Assembly (NCBI RefSeq): GCF_009914755.1
Contig: NC_060944.1
Strand: one strand, 5' to 3'
Length of the DNA stretch: 64,000 bases
Source of the DNA: the human T2T-CHM13v2.0 reference genome, Homo sapiens
Each line of letters begins with the position of its first letter. The first letter of the stretch is position 1. A model generated the notes under the pieces. The model made no database searches, was not told where the DNA came from, and was given only the letters and a program-made list of their open reading frames with translations. Shown here in pieces: positions 61,904 through 64,000 of this stretch. The translations under genes were made by a program, and so were the position numbers.

Positions 61904-63337
61904 ACAATGATCTTGATGTTCTTCTATCACATCTATTTCTTTCCTAACGCACCCCATTTTTCATCCTTAACCCCCCGGCAACTACCACTATTTCTATAAT
62001 TTTGTCATTTCTAGAATGATACATGAATAGAATTATACAGTATGTAACCACTAGGATTGGCGTTATTTCACTCAGCGTGATTCTCAGGAAATTCATCCAA
62101 ATTATTGTCTCTATCAACAGTTCATTCCTTTTTAGCTGAGTATTATTCCATGGTATGGATGTACCACTGTTTAACCATTCACCCATTGAAAGCCATCTGG
62201 GTTCTTTCCAGCTTTTTGCTGTTATGAAGAAAGCTGTTATGAATATTCATGTACAGGTTTTTATAGAAACATAAATTTCTATTTTTCTGAGATAAATATT
62301 TAAGAGCACAATTGCTGGGATGTATGGCAATTTTATGTTTGGATATATAAATAACTGTCAAATTATTTTCCAGAGTTACTATGTCATTTTACATCCGTAA
62401 CAGCAGTGTATGAATGATCCTGTGTCTTTGCATCCTTTCCAAAGATCAAAGACAAGCATTTGGTCTTGTATCAAGTTTTTGAATTTTTTTTACTCATTCT
62501 GATAGGTATGCGTAATATATCACTGTGGTTTTAGTTTGCATTTCCCTAATGGCTAATAAAGTTGCATATCTTTAATTGTGCTTATATATCATTTGTATAC
62601 CCTCTTCAGTGAAATGTCTGTTCATGTCTTTTGCCAATTTTTGAATTGAGTGTTGTTTTTTACTCTTTTGATAACTCTTTGTATATTCTAGATACTAATC
62701 CTTTGTCAGATACGTGATTTGCAAATACATTCTTTCAGTCAGTACCTTGTTTTCCTCTCAATAGAATATTTCACAGAGCAAAAGTTTTTAATTTTGATGA
62801 GGTCCAATTTATTATTTTCTTTTCTGGATCATGCTTTTGGTGTCAAACCTAAGAACTCTACCTAAGAACACTTTCCCTAACCCCAAATGCCTTAAAAGTT
62901 TTTCTGTTTTCCCCCCAAAAGCATTATAATTTTATGTTTTACATTTATGTTTGTGAACAATTTTGAGTTAATTTTTAGATAAGGTATGAGGTTCAGGTTG
63001 ATGATCATTTTCGTTTGTCTACTAATATCCAACTGCTTCAGTATAATTTGTTTAAAAGGCTATCCTTTATTTAATTGCTTTTACACCTTTGTCAAAAATT
63101 AATTGGGTACATTCATGCAGGTCTATTTCTGGGTTTTCTGTTCTTTCCCATTGGTCAGAATAAATTACTATAGCTATACAGGAAACCTTAATATTGGTAG
63201 AATAATAAAATGAAATGAAACAATTTATTCTTCTTTGTTCAAGATTGTTTTAGCTATTATAGGGCTTGTGCCTTTCCATATAAATTTTAGGATAAACTTG
63301 CCTTACTATATACACACACATGCACCCCTTATGAGTA

Positions 63338-63986
63338 CAGGCATATCTTGTTTTATTGTACTTTGATTTATTGTGCTTTACAGATATTGTGTTTTCTACA
63401 GATTGAAGGTTTGTGACAACCTTGTGTCAAGTAAGTCTCTTAGCGACATTTTTTCCAACAGTTTATGCTCATTTAATTAGCATTTTTAACAATAAAGCAT
63501 CCTTAAAAATTAATGCATAATATGTGTACACATTTTGGGGGTACATGTGATATTTTGATACATGAATATAATATTTGGAATATTCATCTCTTTAAACATA
63601 TATCTTTTCTTTATATTGAAAACATTCCAGTTCTTTTCTTCTAGCTATTTTGAATGGTACAATACATTATTCCGAACTATAGTCACTGTCCTGTACTATT
63701 GAACACCGAATCTTATTTCTTCTATCTAACTGTATTTCTGTACCTATTAACCATCCTCTCTTCATCCTCTCTCTTCGCTACCCTTCCCAGCCGAAAGTAT
63801 TTTTTCACTAAGGTGAGTACATTGTTTTTAAGATATAATGCTATTAAGCACTTAATAGGTTGTAGTGTAAACATAACTTTTATACGCACTAGGAAGCTAA
63901 AAAATTTATCTGACTTGATTCATTGTGATACTCACTTTATCACAGTGGTCTAGGCCTGAATCTGTAATATCTCCAACATATGCCTG
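63338..63986 (+). mobile_element. Internally deleted Tigger1 with both TIRs, split by L1MA
   Basis: TA|caggcatatcttgttttattg ... aatatctccaacatatgcctg|TA. Confidence 0.9.
63503..63792 (-). mobile_element. L1MA 3' end inside Tigger1
   Basis: ggggtacatgtgatattttgataca...tctagctattttgaa...cccttcccagcc. Confidence 0.85.
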
Positions 63987-64000
63987 TATTTTGATAAGAA

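Overview
Primate (most likely human) non-coding genomic DNA: CpG-depleted, no CpG island, no credible protein-coding exon and no tRNA, rRNA or snRNA gene. All listed ORFs are explained by repeats, low complexity or chance. Roughly half the window is recognisable interspersed repeat: 10 Alus (J/S/Y), many L1 fragments (L1PA to L1ME), MIR, L2, L3/CR1, MaLR/ERVL LTRs, an ERVL internal fragment, and hAT/Tigger DNA transposons, often nested. I could not identify the locus. Repeat subfamily names and most repeat boundaries are by eye and approximate. The most notable structures are: (1) a set of locally templated inverted insertions and fold-back scars (658-823 vs 2005-2162; 12243-12328 vs 12636-12722; 7903-7939; 25709-25806); (2) unusual retrotransposition products, namely an inverted young L1 piece joined to a non-L1 polyadenylated tag inside a 19-bp TSD (58781-58968), one target site used twice (61321-61914), and a ~46-nt polyadenylated stub (35818-35891); (3) a repeat-poor block at ~54.3-58.5 kb with strong + strand splice signals and palindromic homeodomain-type sites. 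No new gene system can be supported from sequence alone.
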